NCBI GenBank assembly: GCA_022571365.1
Contig: JACZXZ010000007.1
Span: forward strand, 3,366-67,365
Direction of reading: 5' to 3'
Length of the DNA stretch: 64,000 bases
Source of the DNA: Pseudomonadota bacterium
GTDB lineage: Bacteria; Pseudomonadota; Alphaproteobacteria; G022571365
Positions within the stretch are counted from its first letter, which is position 1; each line of letters opens with the position of its first letter. Of this stretch, positions 19,889 to 29,839 are shown piece after piece. The translations under genes and the position numbers were made by a program. Below the pieces are notes generated by a model, which saw only the letters and a program-made list of their open reading frames with translations, did no database searches and was not told the origin of the DNA.

Positions 19889-20545
19889 TCAGCCGACGGC
19901 TTGATCAGGGTAAGCTAGCTCATGCCGGGCTCTCCATTCGTCCTTGACGTAGTTGACGATTATCAATTTCCGCACGCCGTCGATGGGGCGCTTGTGGAAT
20001 CCGTGCCAAGTGTTCGTTCCCGGAATAAAGATGAGCCCGCAGTTGAACTCGTAGGGCACGGTGGCGACGAGGTTCAACTTTTCGTCCAGTATATCGGTGC
20101 CCCATTTTTCCGACCCCGGGTCCGTCGACAGGTATACCAGCATGGTAAACAGCTTCGCGCTTATGTCGGTATGGGGCTCCAGCCAGAAACCATCCGTGTC
20201 CTGGCAGTACTCGATGCGGAGAAAACTCCCCTTCAGCGCCACCCCGCAGGTGCTTTCTAATTTCCTGATCGTTGTTCCGTTTTGCAGCGCCTTCGCTACC
20301 TCGCGGCAGACATCGAAACGGCGGCGGTTCTCCACCGAGAAAAAAGTCCTCGTGTCGTTGTTTGTCTCCCGTTTTCCCTTGGTGTCCTTGATGCGAGGCG
20401 GATCAAGAGGAAGTGCCTTTACTGCATTGCAGACATCCTCCGGGAACACGTCTCCGAGAAACCAATGCCGGTACGGCTTGGTCCCGGCCCGGCCGTGATC
20501 TAAACAAGCAAAGAACTTGTCCATTATCGCGGCGGTATCGATCAC
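19889..20545 (-). CDS. putative Fe(II)/2-oxoglutarate-dependent oxygenase (218 aa)
   Basis: HxD...H candidate iron ligands (WLEPHTD ... WHGFH). GC ~55%. Domain family not firmly assigned. Confidence 0.5.
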   Translation of the reverse strand: MIDTAAIMDKFFACLDHGRAGTKPYRHWFLGDVFPEDVCNAVKALPLDPPRIKDTKGKRETNNDTRTFFSVENRRRFDVCREVAKALQNGTTIRKLESTCGVALKGSFLRIEYCQDTDGFWLEPHTDISAKLFTMLVYLSTDPGSEKWGTDILDEKLNLVATVPYEFNCGLIFIPGTNTWHGFHKRPIDGVRKLIIVNYVKDEWRARHELAYPDQAVG

Positions 20546-20710
20546 TGGTGTGCCCTCTCTTCAAAGTTCGATATTCGCGCATTTCGACCGCCCCTTCCTG
20601 CTCCGAAGCCTCACGGCTTTCGACGCCTTATCGGAACAGGCTGGCCTCGCTCGGTTCATCGGCGTCCTTTTTCGCGATCGCGTTTGGGCCCTGGCAGCGC
20701 GCGCGAAATC

Positions 20711-21469
20711 CTAGACGCGGTAGACGTACTCCTTGCCCGGTTCGCGTTCGATGTCTGGTGGAAAGCTCTTGCGCTTGTCGGCGTGGTACCGGGCCGAGTG
20801 GTCGCCCTCCGACAGACGGTTGTAAGTGACGAAATAGAGGCGCCGGATCTTGTCGCTCATGTTGGGCTCCGAAGCGTGCGGCGCGTAGGAATCGAAGAAC
20901 GCCACGTCGCCCGGCTTGGTCGGGCAGGAAACGAACTCCATTCCTTCCATGTCCTCCTCGGTCAGCGGCTCCCACTCGCGGAACAGCCCCCGCTTGTGGT
21001 GCCCGGCCACCATCTTGAGGCACCCGTTTTCGACGGTCGCCTCGTCGATGCAGACCAAGACGCTGATGTAGTAACTGCCGTAATTCCACCAGCCGGCCTG
21101 GGAATCCTGATGCGGCTTGAAGCCGTCACCCCCGGGCATCTTGAAATTGATCTTCTCCTTGAACAGCACGGTCTCCTCGCCCAGAAGCTGACCCACCGGG
21201 GCTTTCAGCACCGTGCTCAGCTCGGCGAAACCCGAATGGAACGGCGAGATATTTTCAATGCGGTTAATCAGCTCCTTGCTGGGATCGAGCAGGCTTTGCT
21301 CGTGATAGACCCAATGCCTGCCGGGTTCCTCCGGGAGCGCGGCCAGTTCCCGTGTCCAGGCTTCGATCTTCTGCATTTCCGCCGCGTCAAACACAGCCCG
21401 AACGACGACGTATCCATCCCTGTGAAAATTGCTGATCTGCTGATCCGTAAGCACCAGCGTTGTTAGCAT
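20711..21469 (-). CDS. phytanoyl-CoA dioxygenase (PhyH) family Fe(II)/2OG oxygenase
   Basis: 252 aa with PhyH-like motifs (KPHQDSQ HxD, distal YAPHAS). Confidence 0.75.
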   Translation of the reverse strand: MLTTLVLTDQQISNFHRDGYVVVRAVFDAAEMQKIEAWTRELAALPEEPGRHWVYHEQSLLDPSKELINRIENISPFHSGFAELSTVLKAPVGQLLGEETVLFKEKINFKMPGGDGFKPHQDSQAGWWNYGSYYISVLVCIDEATVENGCLKMVAGHHKRGLFREWEPLTEEDMEGMEFVSCPTKPGDVAFFDSYAPHASEPNMSDKIRRLYFVTYNRLSEGDHSARYHADKRKSFPPDIEREPGKEYVYRV

Positions 21470-21598
21470 CGGAGGCCTCCCTTCGTGGCACTCGACGGTT
21501 GGAAGAAACGGCTCTCGCGGGGGCGGTCGGCCATGATCGTGACCCCGCGCGAGTCAGACTGGCCCGAGCGATGCTAACAGGCATTTCCCGTATGTCGT

Positions 21599-21612
21599 TT
21601 GATCTAGATCAA
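21599..21612. promoter_or_regulatory. perfect FNR/FixK box TTGATCTAGATCAA (fully palindromic)
   Basis: Read directly. 130 nt upstream of the PhyH-family gene start (- strand) and 545 nt upstream of the cytochrome gene. Confidence 0.5.
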
Positions 21613-22156
21613 TTTCCCGCTACCACGCCGGGGGATCGGCAACCGCGTGACGTGCTTTGTGTTACGCACCACCTCCGCCCATCGCCCCGCAGACGTGGTG
21701 GCGACTGGCTTCGAACGTTTTCCGCAGGGTCCCGGTGGTCTATCCGGCTCGCGGCCGGCTATTGCCGGTGACCGGTCGCCGGCCCAATACCAGCACCGAC
21801 CGGGAAGGGACGCTTCAGGGATTTCCTCGCTTCCTCCCTTTATGGGGGTTCTTTGATGATTGGGGCTCTTTGATGCCAAGATTATCGGCGTGCAACACGG
21901 CTATGAAGTATAATATTCATTCAATTAATTATGCACTTAGTAAGAGTTATACACTTAGTAATAATGTATCTAGAATTTAGATGCTAATGATTATAATTAT
22001 CACTTCCAATCAAAGAATCACTCCGTAACTTTTTCGTGAAACCGACTCGTATCTGTTGCTGGCAACCTTGAGCCAACGTACTTTAGCTTTGTGTGGTTCT
22101 TTGGCATCTCTTTCCTCCGAGCCACGTCTATTTACTTATTTACTGCGGAGGTAAAC

Positions 22157-23371
22157 ATGAGGGGTCGCGCAGGCAAATGGGCGGCATTGACCGTAACCGG
22201 GCTGGCTGCCGTTGCCTTGGCCGTCCTCCTTGCCATCGGGTTTTCCCGGTTCTCCTCAGGGGGGGTGAGCGGGGCTTCCATGCCGAGCGACTACTGGCGT
22301 CTGCCGCTTGCGCCCCAGGGCGAGGCACCGGACCATTGGAGCGCGCCCGAGCGGTCTCTGGCGCCGGAGTCCTGCGCCGAGTGTCACGCAGACCAGTACG
22401 AGCAGTGGCGGACCTCGCTCCATGCCGGCGCCTTTTCACCAGGGTTGGTGGGACAGTTGCTCACCTACGACGCCGGCCAGATTTCAGGCTGTATGCAATG
22501 CCACGCGCCCCTCGCCGAACAACCGCGGGATTTTAAGGCCGCGCGCGAGAAGGGAGTCGCTCACCTCGCCACGGGTCAAGGGCTGGCCGCCGCAGGTGTG
22601 GCCTGCGGGGCCTGCCACTTGCGCGGCCACCGCCGCTTTGGCCCGCCCCAGCGAGACACCGGCGCGACCGGCCAGAGTGATACCGACGCCCCGCATGGGG
22701 GAGTGTACCGGGCGGCGTGGTTCGAGGAATCCGAATTCTGCGCCGCCTGTCACCAATTTCCGCAGGACTACGCGGTCAACGGCAAGCCACTGGAGAACAC
22801 TGTCGTCGAGTGGCAAGAGAGTCCTTTCGCCGCCGAGGGGGTCACCTGCCAGACCTGTCACATGCCTGATCGCAGGCATCTGTGGCGCGGCATCCACGAT
22901 CCCGATATGGTCGCCAAGGGGCTCACGGCCCGGTTTTCCGCCACCGCCGAAGGCGCCCGCTTCACCCTGACCAACAGCGGTGTTGGGCACGCCTTTCCCA
23001 CCTACGTCACGCCCCGGGTGGAGATGCGCGCGGTGGCGTTGGATGACGCGGGACGGCCGGTGCCGGCCACTGCCGCCCGCCACGTTATCCAGCGCATCGT
23101 CTCCTCCACGGCCCGAGGATGGATCGAGCTCGCCGACAGCCGCCTTCTGCCTGGTGAGGAGGCGAGCCTCTTCCTGCCTTGGCAAGGCTACGCCAAGGCG
23201 CGGCTGTGGTTGGAAGTCAAGCCCGACGACTACTATGACAATCAGGTCTACGATGTTTTGTTGGCCGGGTTGGCGCCGGATTCCCCCTCGGCTATCCTGA
23301 TTGCCCGCGCCGATCGCATCGCGCGGGCCAGCAGCTACCGTCTGTTCGTCACCGAGATCGAGAGACCCTAG
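22157..23371 (+). CDS. pentaheme c-type cytochrome with N-terminal signal anchor
   Basis: SD GGAGGT 5 nt before ATG 22157. Five CxxCH motifs (CAECH, CMQCH, CGACH, CAACH, CQTCH). Hydrophobic N-terminus. Confidence 0.8.
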   Translation: MRGRAGKWAALTVTGLAAVALAVLLAIGFSRFSSGGVSGASMPSDYWRLPLAPQGEAPDHWSAPERSLAPESCAECHADQYEQWRTSLHAGAFSPGLVGQLLTYDAGQISGCMQCHAPLAEQPRDFKAAREKGVAHLATGQGLAAAGVACGACHLRGHRRFGPPQRDTGATGQSDTDAPHGGVYRAAWFEESEFCAACHQFPQDYAVNGKPLENTVVEWQESPFAAEGVTCQTCHMPDRRHLWRGIHDPDMVAKGLTARFSATAEGARFTLTNSGVGHAFPTYVTPRVEMRAVALDDAGRPVPATAARHVIQRIVSSTARGWIELADSRLLPGEEASLFLPWQGYAKARLWLEVKPDDYYDNQVYDVLLAGLAPDSPSAILIARADRIARASSYRLFVTEIERP

Positions 23372-23553
23372 ACCGCCGCGCACGGCCGAAGTGGTGAACG
23401 CGCCGGAGCAATCTCAGCCGCCACAACGCTGGCAGAGCGCAGGGCTGCGCTCCTCGGCCGCTCCGCCAGGCGCGGAAGGGCAGCGGGAAACCCGACTTGG
23501 CCGGGCACGGTCCGGGCGTGATACGGACCGCTGAGCCGGCCAAGGGCCATTCT

Positions 23554-24612
23554 TTATGGCCTCAGATGTAGCAGTCCCCGTCGATCGGCCCGGACAAGGA
23601 TGACCAGCGCGTAGCCGCACTGAAACAGGAGAAATGGCGCGAAGGCGAGCGCCCGGCGGTCGGGTGGAAGGTGGATGAGCCACAGCGCGCCAAGCCCCTG
23701 GAGGATCGCGATCAGGTAGTGATAGAGGCTGACCTGCACGTGGCTCAATCCCAGTCGGTTGGCGAGCTGATAGAGGTGGGAGCGGTGGGCCGCCGCGATC
23801 TTTTCGCGATGGATCAGACGACGGAGAAAGGTGAGGGTGGTGTCATAGATAAAGTGAAAAAACAGCAATGGCATCACCAGGAAGGACGTATGAGCGCTCT
23901 CGTATTGTGACGCGATAACCGCGAGGACTGCGAAAACAAACCCCAGAAACTGGCTTCCAACATCGCTCATAAAGACTCTTGCCTGGGGAAAATTAAAAAT
24001 CAGGAAACCTAGAGTGCTGAACAATATTATGAAGCACAGTGCGGCGACGAATGCGTTTCCATCCAGGAATGTAACAATGCCAAAAAACAACGCGACGATG
24101 ACCGCCGTGCCACCCGCGAGCCCGTTCAGCCCGTCCATGAAATTGAAGGCGTTGGTCAGCCCGATGATCCAGAGCGCGGTCAAGGGGTAGCCGAACCACC
24201 CCAGGGCCAGAGTGCCGAAATACGGGAACGAGAGAGTCTCGAGGACAAGGCCTGAGGCAAGAATCACGGCCGTGGCCAGAATCTGAGAGGCCAGTTTGAC
24301 GGCAAAGCTGAATTTGCGGATGTCGTCGACCAGGGACACCGCGGCGATCGCCAGGGCCGCCAAGGCGAACCCAGCCATGTAGGGTTCCGGGATGCGGGCC
24401 GCGCCGCCAAACCCGTACAGGGCGGCGTAGCCCAAGAAGAAGCTCACAACAATCGCCACCCCGCCACCCTTGGCCACCGGCTGGTCGTGCGACGACCGGT
24501 GGGTTGGCAGATCCATGATCTTCCAGTGCGTCATGATCCAAGTCGCAAAGGCGGAGATCGCAAACAAAGCTAAGGAAAACGGTATGTATATAAATAGGTT
24601 ATAAGTATTCAT
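23554..24612 (-). CDS. glycosyltransferase family 4 polyprenyl-phosphate sugar-1-phosphate transferase (WecA/MraY-like)
   Basis: Start chosen at MNTYNLFIY (ATG 24612-24610). Multi-TM protein with conserved VDDIRKF and NAFNFMDGLNGLA motifs. Confidence 0.8.
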   Translation of the reverse strand: MNTYNLFIYIPFSLALFAISAFATWIMTHWKIMDLPTHRSSHDQPVAKGGGVAIVVSFFLGYAALYGFGGAARIPEPYMAGFALAALAIAAVSLVDDIRKFSFAVKLASQILATAVILASGLVLETLSFPYFGTLALGWFGYPLTALWIIGLTNAFNFMDGLNGLAGGTAVIVALFFGIVTFLDGNAFVAALCFIILFSTLGFLIFNFPQARVFMSDVGSQFLGFVFAVLAVIASQYESAHTSFLVMPLLFFHFIYDTTLTFLRRLIHREKIAAAHRSHLYQLANRLGLSHVQVSLYHYLIAILQGLGALWLIHLPPDRRALAFAPFLLFQCGYALVILVRADRRGLLHLRP

Positions 24613-24772
24613 ATTAAGTTCTCGTACGCGAACTTGGATGGTCTGGCCGCGCTCGATATTAGCCCTTTGATGGTGCCGATCCAACACCCGCTCGGCTTCG
24701 AGGCTGCGGGGCGCGGCCGCGTCGTCCCTCTCTCCGGCGGATCGGGCGCGGGGGCAGGGGCCGCCGTCACCC

Positions 24773-24853
24773 GCCGTCACCCGCCGCGCGCAAGTTCATG
24801 CCGTCACCCGCCGCGCGCGAGTTCATGCCGTCACCCGCCGCGCGCAAGCTCAT
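24773..24853. repeat. 27-bp tandem repeat x3 (gccgtcacccgccgcgcgcaagttcat) plus 10-bp partial copies upstream
   Basis: Copies at 24773-24799, 24800-24826 and 24827-24853, 1-2 mismatches each. Third copy contains the rlmB stop and last six codons. Confidence 0.85.
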
Positions 24854-25631
24854 AGAGAGCCACGGCCGCGGTGTTGGCGACGTTGAGACTGGCGAAGGCG
24901 TCGGCGGTGGGCACCCGCACCAGGAGATCACAGGATTCGCGCGTGAGCCGCCTCAAGCCTTTGCCCTCCGCGCCCAGGACCAGCGCGATCTTGCCCGAGA
25001 GCCGCGCCCCGGCCAGGGTTTCCGCGGCTTGGGCGTCGAGGCCCACGCACCAGAACCCGGCCCCCTTAAGCGTGTGGAGCGCCCGGGCCAGGTTCGTGGC
25101 GCGTACCAGCGGCACGGTTTCAAGCGCGCCCGAGGCGGCCTTGGCCAGCGCCCCCGTGGGCTTGGGCGAACGACGGTCGGGAACGATCACCGCGCAGGCG
25201 CCGAAGGCCGCGGCCGAGCGCAGCACCGCCCCGACATTCCGCGGGTCGGTTACCTGGTCGAGGACGATCATCACCGCCCCGGCCAGATCGGCTGCGGCGC
25301 GGCAGACGGCCTCGAGCCCCGTGCCGGGCAGGGGCTCGACCTCGAGGGCGATGCCCTGATGCACTGCGCCCGGCGGGAGGACCCGATCGATGCGGTCGCG
25401 CGGGACCACTTCGGTCGCGGGCAAAACGCTGTCGCCTCGGGCCGTTCCGGCAAGCGAGCGTCGAATTTCGCGCCCGGCCTCGGCCGTGACCAGCAAGCGA
25501 TGCCAGCGCCGCTCGGGATTGGCGAGCGCGGCGGTCACGGCATGAACGCCATAGAGCCAGAGCCGGCCGAACCCCGGGCCGCGGCCGTGGCGATCCGCCC
25601 GGTCGGTGAGCGAGGGCTTGCGCTTTCCCAT
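24831..25631 (-). CDS. rlmB: 23S rRNA (guanosine-2'-O)-methyltransferase, SpoU/TrmH family
   Basis: Start at MGKRKPSL (ATG 25631-25629). SPOUT motifs (LDQVTDPRNVGAVLRSA, LVLGAEGKG, LNVANTAAVALYE). Confidence 0.8.
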   Translation of the reverse strand: MGKRKPSLTDRADRHGRGPGFGRLWLYGVHAVTAALANPERRWHRLLVTAEAGREIRRSLAGTARGDSVLPATEVVPRDRIDRVLPPGAVHQGIALEVEPLPGTGLEAVCRAAADLAGAVMIVLDQVTDPRNVGAVLRSAAAFGACAVIVPDRRSPKPTGALAKAASGALETVPLVRATNLARALHTLKGAGFWCVGLDAQAAETLAGARLSGKIALVLGAEGKGLRRLTRESCDLLVRVPTADAFASLNVANTAAVALYELARGG

Positions 25632-25797
25632 GATCGAGCTTATTATTTTGCGCGGATGAGAGCTGAAAGTCACTATCCCGGTGTCGTTGAGCGACGGGGC
25701 GGACACTAGGGGGGTGGTTTTTTTGCCTTCCAGATTGACAACCAACGGTAAAACTTCATAGTGCCGACGCCTGCTGCTGCGGCTTGCCTGAAATCGC

Positions 25798-25883
25798 GGA
25801 GGGGTGCCCGAGCGGCCAAAGGGAGCAGACTGTAAATCTGCCGGCGTACGCCTACGTAGGTTCGAATCCTACCCCCTCCACCA
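25798..25883 (+). tRNA. tRNA-Tyr (anticodon GTA), class II with long variable arm, CCA encoded
   Basis: ggaggggtgcccgagcggcc...gactGTAaatc...ggttcgaatcctaccccctccacca. Acceptor ggagggg/cccctcc. Confidence 0.9.
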
Positions 25884-25919
25884 CGGCTCGAGGGGGCAGC
25901 GTAGAAGGGTCTGAGAGGT

Positions 25920-25993
<74 letters not shown>

Positions 25994-26068
25994 GCGTTGA
26001 TGCGAGCGAACAACAAGATACCGTCATTGGCCACAGAGCTGTCATTGGCTCCAGACGGGGAAAGCTAA

Positions 26069-27307
26069 AGCGATGGCGAAGAAAGCGAAATTTGAGCGGA
26101 CGAAGCCGCACTGCAATGTTGGGACGATAGGCCATGTAGATCATGGCAAGACGACGTTGACGTCGGCGATTACGAAGCTGTTGGCGGCGACGGGTGGGGC
26201 TGAGTTCATCCCGTTTGGGGAGATTGACAAGGCGCCGGAGGAGAAGGCTCGGGGGATCACGATTGCCACGGCGCATGTGGAATACGAGACCGAGCGGCGG
26301 CATTACGCCCATGTGGACTGTCCGGGTCACGCCGATTATGTGAAGAACATGATCACGGGGGCGGCGCAGATGGACGGGGCGGTTTTGGTGGTTTCGGCGG
26401 CGGACGGTCCGATGCCGCAGACCCGGGAGCACATTCTGTTGGCGCGCCAGGTGGGGGTTCCGGCGATTGTTGTTTATCTGAACAAGGTGGACACGGTTGA
26501 CGACCCGGAGCTGTTGGAATTGGTTGAGCTTGAGATCCGGGAGCTGCTCACCTCCTATGATTTTCCGGGGGACGATATACCGGTTGTGAAGGGCTCGGCG
26601 CTGGCGGCGTTGGAAGGTGGGGACAAGACTCTGGGCGAGGACTCGGTGGTGGCGTTGTTGGCGGCGATTGACGACTACATTCCCCAGCCGGACCGTGCGA
26701 AGGACCGGCCGTTTTTGATGCCGATTGAGGATGTGTTCTCGATCTCGGGCCGGGGCACGGTTGTGACCGGCCGGATCGAGCGCGGGGTTGTGAAGGTTGG
26801 CGACGAGGTTGAGATTATCGGCATCCGGGAGACCCAGAAGACGATCTGTACCGGGGTGGAGATGTTCCGCAAGCTTCTCGACCGGGGGGAGGCGGGGGAC
26901 AATGTTGGCTGTCTTCTCCGGGGCGTGGGCCGGGACGAGGTGGAGCGGGGCCAGGTGTTGGCGGCGCCGGGGTCGATCACGCCGCACACCAAGTTCACGT
27001 GCGAGGCCTATATTCTGACCAAGGAGGAGGGCGGGCGGCACACGCCGTTTTTCACCAACTACCGGCCCCAGTTCTACTTCCGCACCACGGACGTGACCGG
27101 GCGGGTTGCCCTGCCGGAGGGGACGGAGATGGTGATGCCGGGGGACAACGTGTCGATGGAGGTTGAGCTGATCGCCCCGATTGCGATGGACGAAGGGCTC
27201 CGCTTCGCGATCCGCGAGGGCGGGCGCACGGTCGGGGCCGGCGTCGTCGCCTCCATCATCGAGTAGAACCTCGAATAGCGGGAAAAGGTTAAAAGGTTAA
27301 AGGGCGA
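26069..27307 (+). repeat. 1239-bp near-identical duplicate of 42763..44001 (tuf plus 41 bp of 3' flank)
   Basis: Single mismatch (26090 vs 42784). Identity extends 4 bp upstream of ATG and 41 bp past the stop (aacctcgaatagcgggaaaaggttaaaaggttaaagggcga). Confidence 0.9.
26073..27266 (+). CDS. tuf: elongation factor Tu (copy 1)
   Basis: 397-aa EF-Tu ([18 protein letters not shown]). Confidence 0.97.
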   Translation: MAKKAKFERTKPHCNVGTIGHVDHGKTTLTSAITKLLAATGGAEFIPFGEIDKAPEEKARGITIATAHVEYETERRHYAHVDCPGHADYVKNMITGAAQMDGAVLVVSAADGPMPQTREHILLARQVGVPAIVVYLNKVDTVDDPELLELVELEIRELLTSYDFPGDDIPVVKGSALAALEGGDKTLGEDSVVALLAAIDDYIPQPDRAKDRPFLMPIEDVFSISGRGTVVTGRIERGVVKVGDEVEIIGIRETQKTICTGVEMFRKLLDRGEAGDNVGCLLRGVGRDEVERGQVLAAPGSITPHTKFTCEAYILTKEEGGRHTPFFTNYRPQFYFRTTDVTGRVALPEGTEMVMPGDNVSMEVELIAPIAMDEGLRFAIREGGRTVGAGVVASIIE

Positions 27308-27425
27308 GATTTCCCCCGAGGTGCGTGGCGGCTGAACAAATGGAATCGGGTCGGATGCCCGGGCATGAAGCGTCGGGGTCAAGCGCTCTGGCACGACCGC
27401 CGGAGCCGGTTTGGGTTGACGCGCT

Positions 27426-27501
27426 AGGAGTGTAGCTCAACGGGTAGAGCACCGGTCTCCAAAACCGGGGGTTGTAGGTTCGAGTCCTGCCACTCCTGCC
27501 A
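27426..27501 (+). tRNA. tRNA-Trp (anticodon CCA), CCA end encoded
   Basis: aggagtgtagctcaacgggtagagc accggtctCCAaaaccgg ... ggttcgagtcctgc cactcct g cca. Confidence 0.9.
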
Positions 27502-27554
27502 GCTTGAGACCCGGTCGGGGACAGCAAAGATTGAAGGTGATCGGAACGGACGCT

Positions 27555-27752
27555 ATGGCGAAGACCAGTCCTGGTGAGTTCATCCAGCAGGTGCGACAGG
27601 AGGTTGCCAAGGTGACTTGGCCGAGTCGCAAGGAGACTATGATCACGACGGGAATGGTGTTCCTGATGGTCGTGCTCATCGCCCTGTTCTTCTTCTTCGT
27701 CGACCAAATCCTGTCTTTCGGCGTGCGCGTCATTCTGGGATTTGGAGGCTGA
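27555..27752 (+). CDS. secE: preprotein translocase subunit SecE
   Basis: [28 protein letters not shown]... followed by a single TM segment. Position between tRNA-Trp and nusG. Confidence 0.85.
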   Translation: MAKTSPGEFIQQVRQEVAKVTWPSRKETMITTGMVFLMVVLIALFFFFVDQILSFGVRVILGFGG

Positions 27753-27757
27753 GATCC

Positions 27758-28288
27758 ATGGGCTTCCGGTGGTACGTGATTCACGTTTATTCGGGATTTG
27801 AGAAGAGGGTGGCCCAGTCGATTGGCGAGCAGGCGAGCCAGAAGGGCATGGGCCATATGTTCGAGGAGATCCTGGTGCCGGTCGAGGAAGTCGTTCAAAT
27901 GCGCCGCGGCACCAAGGTGAGCGCCGAGCGCAAGTTTTTCCCCGGCTATGTCTTGATTAAAATGGAGCTGGCCGACGACACCTGGCATCTGGTCAAGAAC
28001 ACGCCGAAGGTGACGGGTTTCCTCGGCGGCCGCGGCCGGCCGTCGCCGATCAGTGCGGCTGAAGCCGACCGCATCATGCATCAGATTCAGGAGGGGATCG
28101 AACGGCCGAAGCCCTCGGTCACCTTCGAGATAGGCGAGCAGGTCAGGGTCTGCGACGGGCCCTTCAACTCGTTCAACGGCTTGGTCGAGGATGTCGACGA
28201 GGAAAAGGCGCGGCTCAAGGTCGCGGTATCCATCTTTGGCCGCTCGACGCCGGTGGATCTGGAGTACTCCCAGGTTGAGAAGCTCTAG
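27758..28288 (+). CDS. nusG: transcription termination/antitermination factor NusG
   Basis: [18 protein letters not shown]... with NGN and KOW domains. Confidence 0.9.
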   Translation: MGFRWYVIHVYSGFEKRVAQSIGEQASQKGMGHMFEEILVPVEEVVQMRRGTKVSAERKFFPGYVLIKMELADDTWHLVKNTPKVTGFLGGRGRPSPISAAEADRIMHQIQEGIERPKPSVTFEIGEQVRVCDGPFNSFNGLVEDVDEEKARLKVAVSIFGRSTPVDLEYSQVEKL

Positions 28289-28370
28289 GCGTCGGCGCCC
28301 TTGCGCCCGCCGCGCGGGCCGGCCGGCGACGCGCCAGGCCCGGCTTCCCCGGATTAAATGACGAAGGCAA

Positions 28371-28799
28371 ATGGCGAAGAAGATCGAGGGCTACATCAAG
28401 TTGGAGATCCCGGCGGGTCAGGCGAACCCGGCGCCGCCGATCGGTCCCGCTCTGGGCCAACGCGGGATCAACATCATGGAATTCTGCAAGGCATTCAACG
28501 CCGCCAGCCAGAACATGGAACCGGGCGTGCCGATCCCGACCCTGGTCACGGTCTATGTCGACCGCAGCTTCAGCTTCGTCACCAAGTCGCCGCTGGCGAG
28601 CTATTTTCTCAAGCGCGCCGCTGGCGTCGAAAAGGGCGCCCAGACGCCCGGCAAGGACCCCGTGGGCCAGGTCACTATGGCGCAGATTCGCGAGATTGCC
28701 GGGCACAAGATGAAGGACCTCAACGCCAATGACATCGACGCCGCGTGCCGCATTCTGGTGGGATCGGCCCGCTCGATCGGTCTCGAGGTGGTGGGGTAG
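28371..28799 (+). CDS. rplK: 50S ribosomal protein L11
   Basis: [44 protein letters not shown]. Confidence 0.95.
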   Translation: MAKKIEGYIKLEIPAGQANPAPPIGPALGQRGINIMEFCKAFNAASQNMEPGVPIPTLVTVYVDRSFSFVTKSPLASYFLKRAAGVEKGAQTPGKDPVGQVTMAQIREIAGHKMKDLNANDIDAACRILVGSARSIGLEVVG

Positions 28800-28803
28800 G
28801 GCG

Positions 28804-29517
28804 ATGGCGGGCAGAGGAAAGCGCCTGACCGACGCCTATGACGGTCTCGATCGCAGCGCTTCGTACGATGTCTCCGAGGCCGTCAAGCTACTCAAGGCCC
28901 GGGCGACCGCGAAGTTCGACGAGACCGTCGAAATCTCCATAAACCTGGGCCTCGACACGCGCCACTCCGACCAGCAGCTGCGCGGCATGGTGATGCTGCC
29001 GAATGGCACCGGCAAGACCGTGCGCGTCGCTGTGTTCGCCAAGGGCGACAAGGCGAAGGAGGCGCGGGATGCGGGCGCCGATGTGGTTGGCGCCGAGGAC
29101 CTGGCCGAGAAGGTGCAAAAAAACGAGATCGATTTCGACCGCTGCATCGCCACGCCCGACATGATGGCGATCGTCGGCCGCCTCGGGAGGATTCTGGGGC
29201 CCCGCGGCCTGATGCCGAATCCCAAGCTCGGCACGGTGACCGCGGACGTGGCCGAAGCGGTGGCGTTGGCCAAGCGCGGCCAGGTCCAGTTCCGCGCCGA
29301 GAAGGCGGGCCTCGTTCATGCCGGAATCGGCAAGGCGAGCTTCAGCCACGAGGCCCTGGTCGAGAACGTGAGGGCGTTCGTCGCCGAGATCCTCCGGGCC
29401 AAGCCGAGCGGCGTCAAGGGAACCTACGTCAAGAAGATCTCTTTAAGCTCGACCATAGGCCCGGGGTTGAAACTGGATGTTGCCGGCCTGACGGGTGCGC
29501 AGTCCCAGGCTGGCTGA
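28804..29517 (+). CDS. rplA: 50S ribosomal protein L1
   Basis: [17 protein letters not shown]... L1 family. In-frame start inside ORF 28729..29517. Confidence 0.9.
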   Translation: MAGRGKRLTDAYDGLDRSASYDVSEAVKLLKARATAKFDETVEISINLGLDTRHSDQQLRGMVMLPNGTGKTVRVAVFAKGDKAKEARDAGADVVGAEDLAEKVQKNEIDFDRCIATPDMMAIVGRLGRILGPRGLMPNPKLGTVTADVAEAVALAKRGQVQFRAEKAGLVHAGIGKASFSHEALVENVRAFVAEILRAKPSGVKGTYVKKISLSSTIGPGLKLDVAGLTGAQSQAG

Positions 29518-29839
29518 TAGGAAATCCGCCGTCGGGAACGCCGATCCGGTGGCGGCTTGTGGGGGTGGGGCCGAAGGCCCAAGCCCTCACCTGTCCAGGA
29601 CTGCAGGTGCCCCCGCCGCAATGCCGCGGGGGCTTAAAGGGTGTTCCGCCTGCATGAGACGGGAGTTTGAACTGCTTCCGCGGCTTGGTGTTGAAGGCGC
29701 GGGAGCCGGCTTGAGCTTCTGGAATAAGCGAGGTGGGCCCTTGAGGCGTGAGCGAATGGAAGACCGTCGCTTGAGGGTCCTTGTGCGCCGGGGCCGGAGG
29801 GTCCTTGAACAATCCGGCCCCGCGGATCGGAGATCATAA
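29518..29839 (+). promoter_or_regulatory. rplJ leader (probable L10/L12 autoregulatory leader)
   Basis: 322-nt structured GC-rich untranslated region between rplA and rplJ. In other bacteria this position holds the L10 leader. Not modelled here. Confidence 0.35.

Noticed and set aside
21985-22005. TGAT-TATAATT-ATCA as an FNR/CRP site
   Set aside because: The half-site spacing (7 nt) fits neither FNR (N4) nor CRP (N6). More likely just a -10 element within an AT-rich palindrome.
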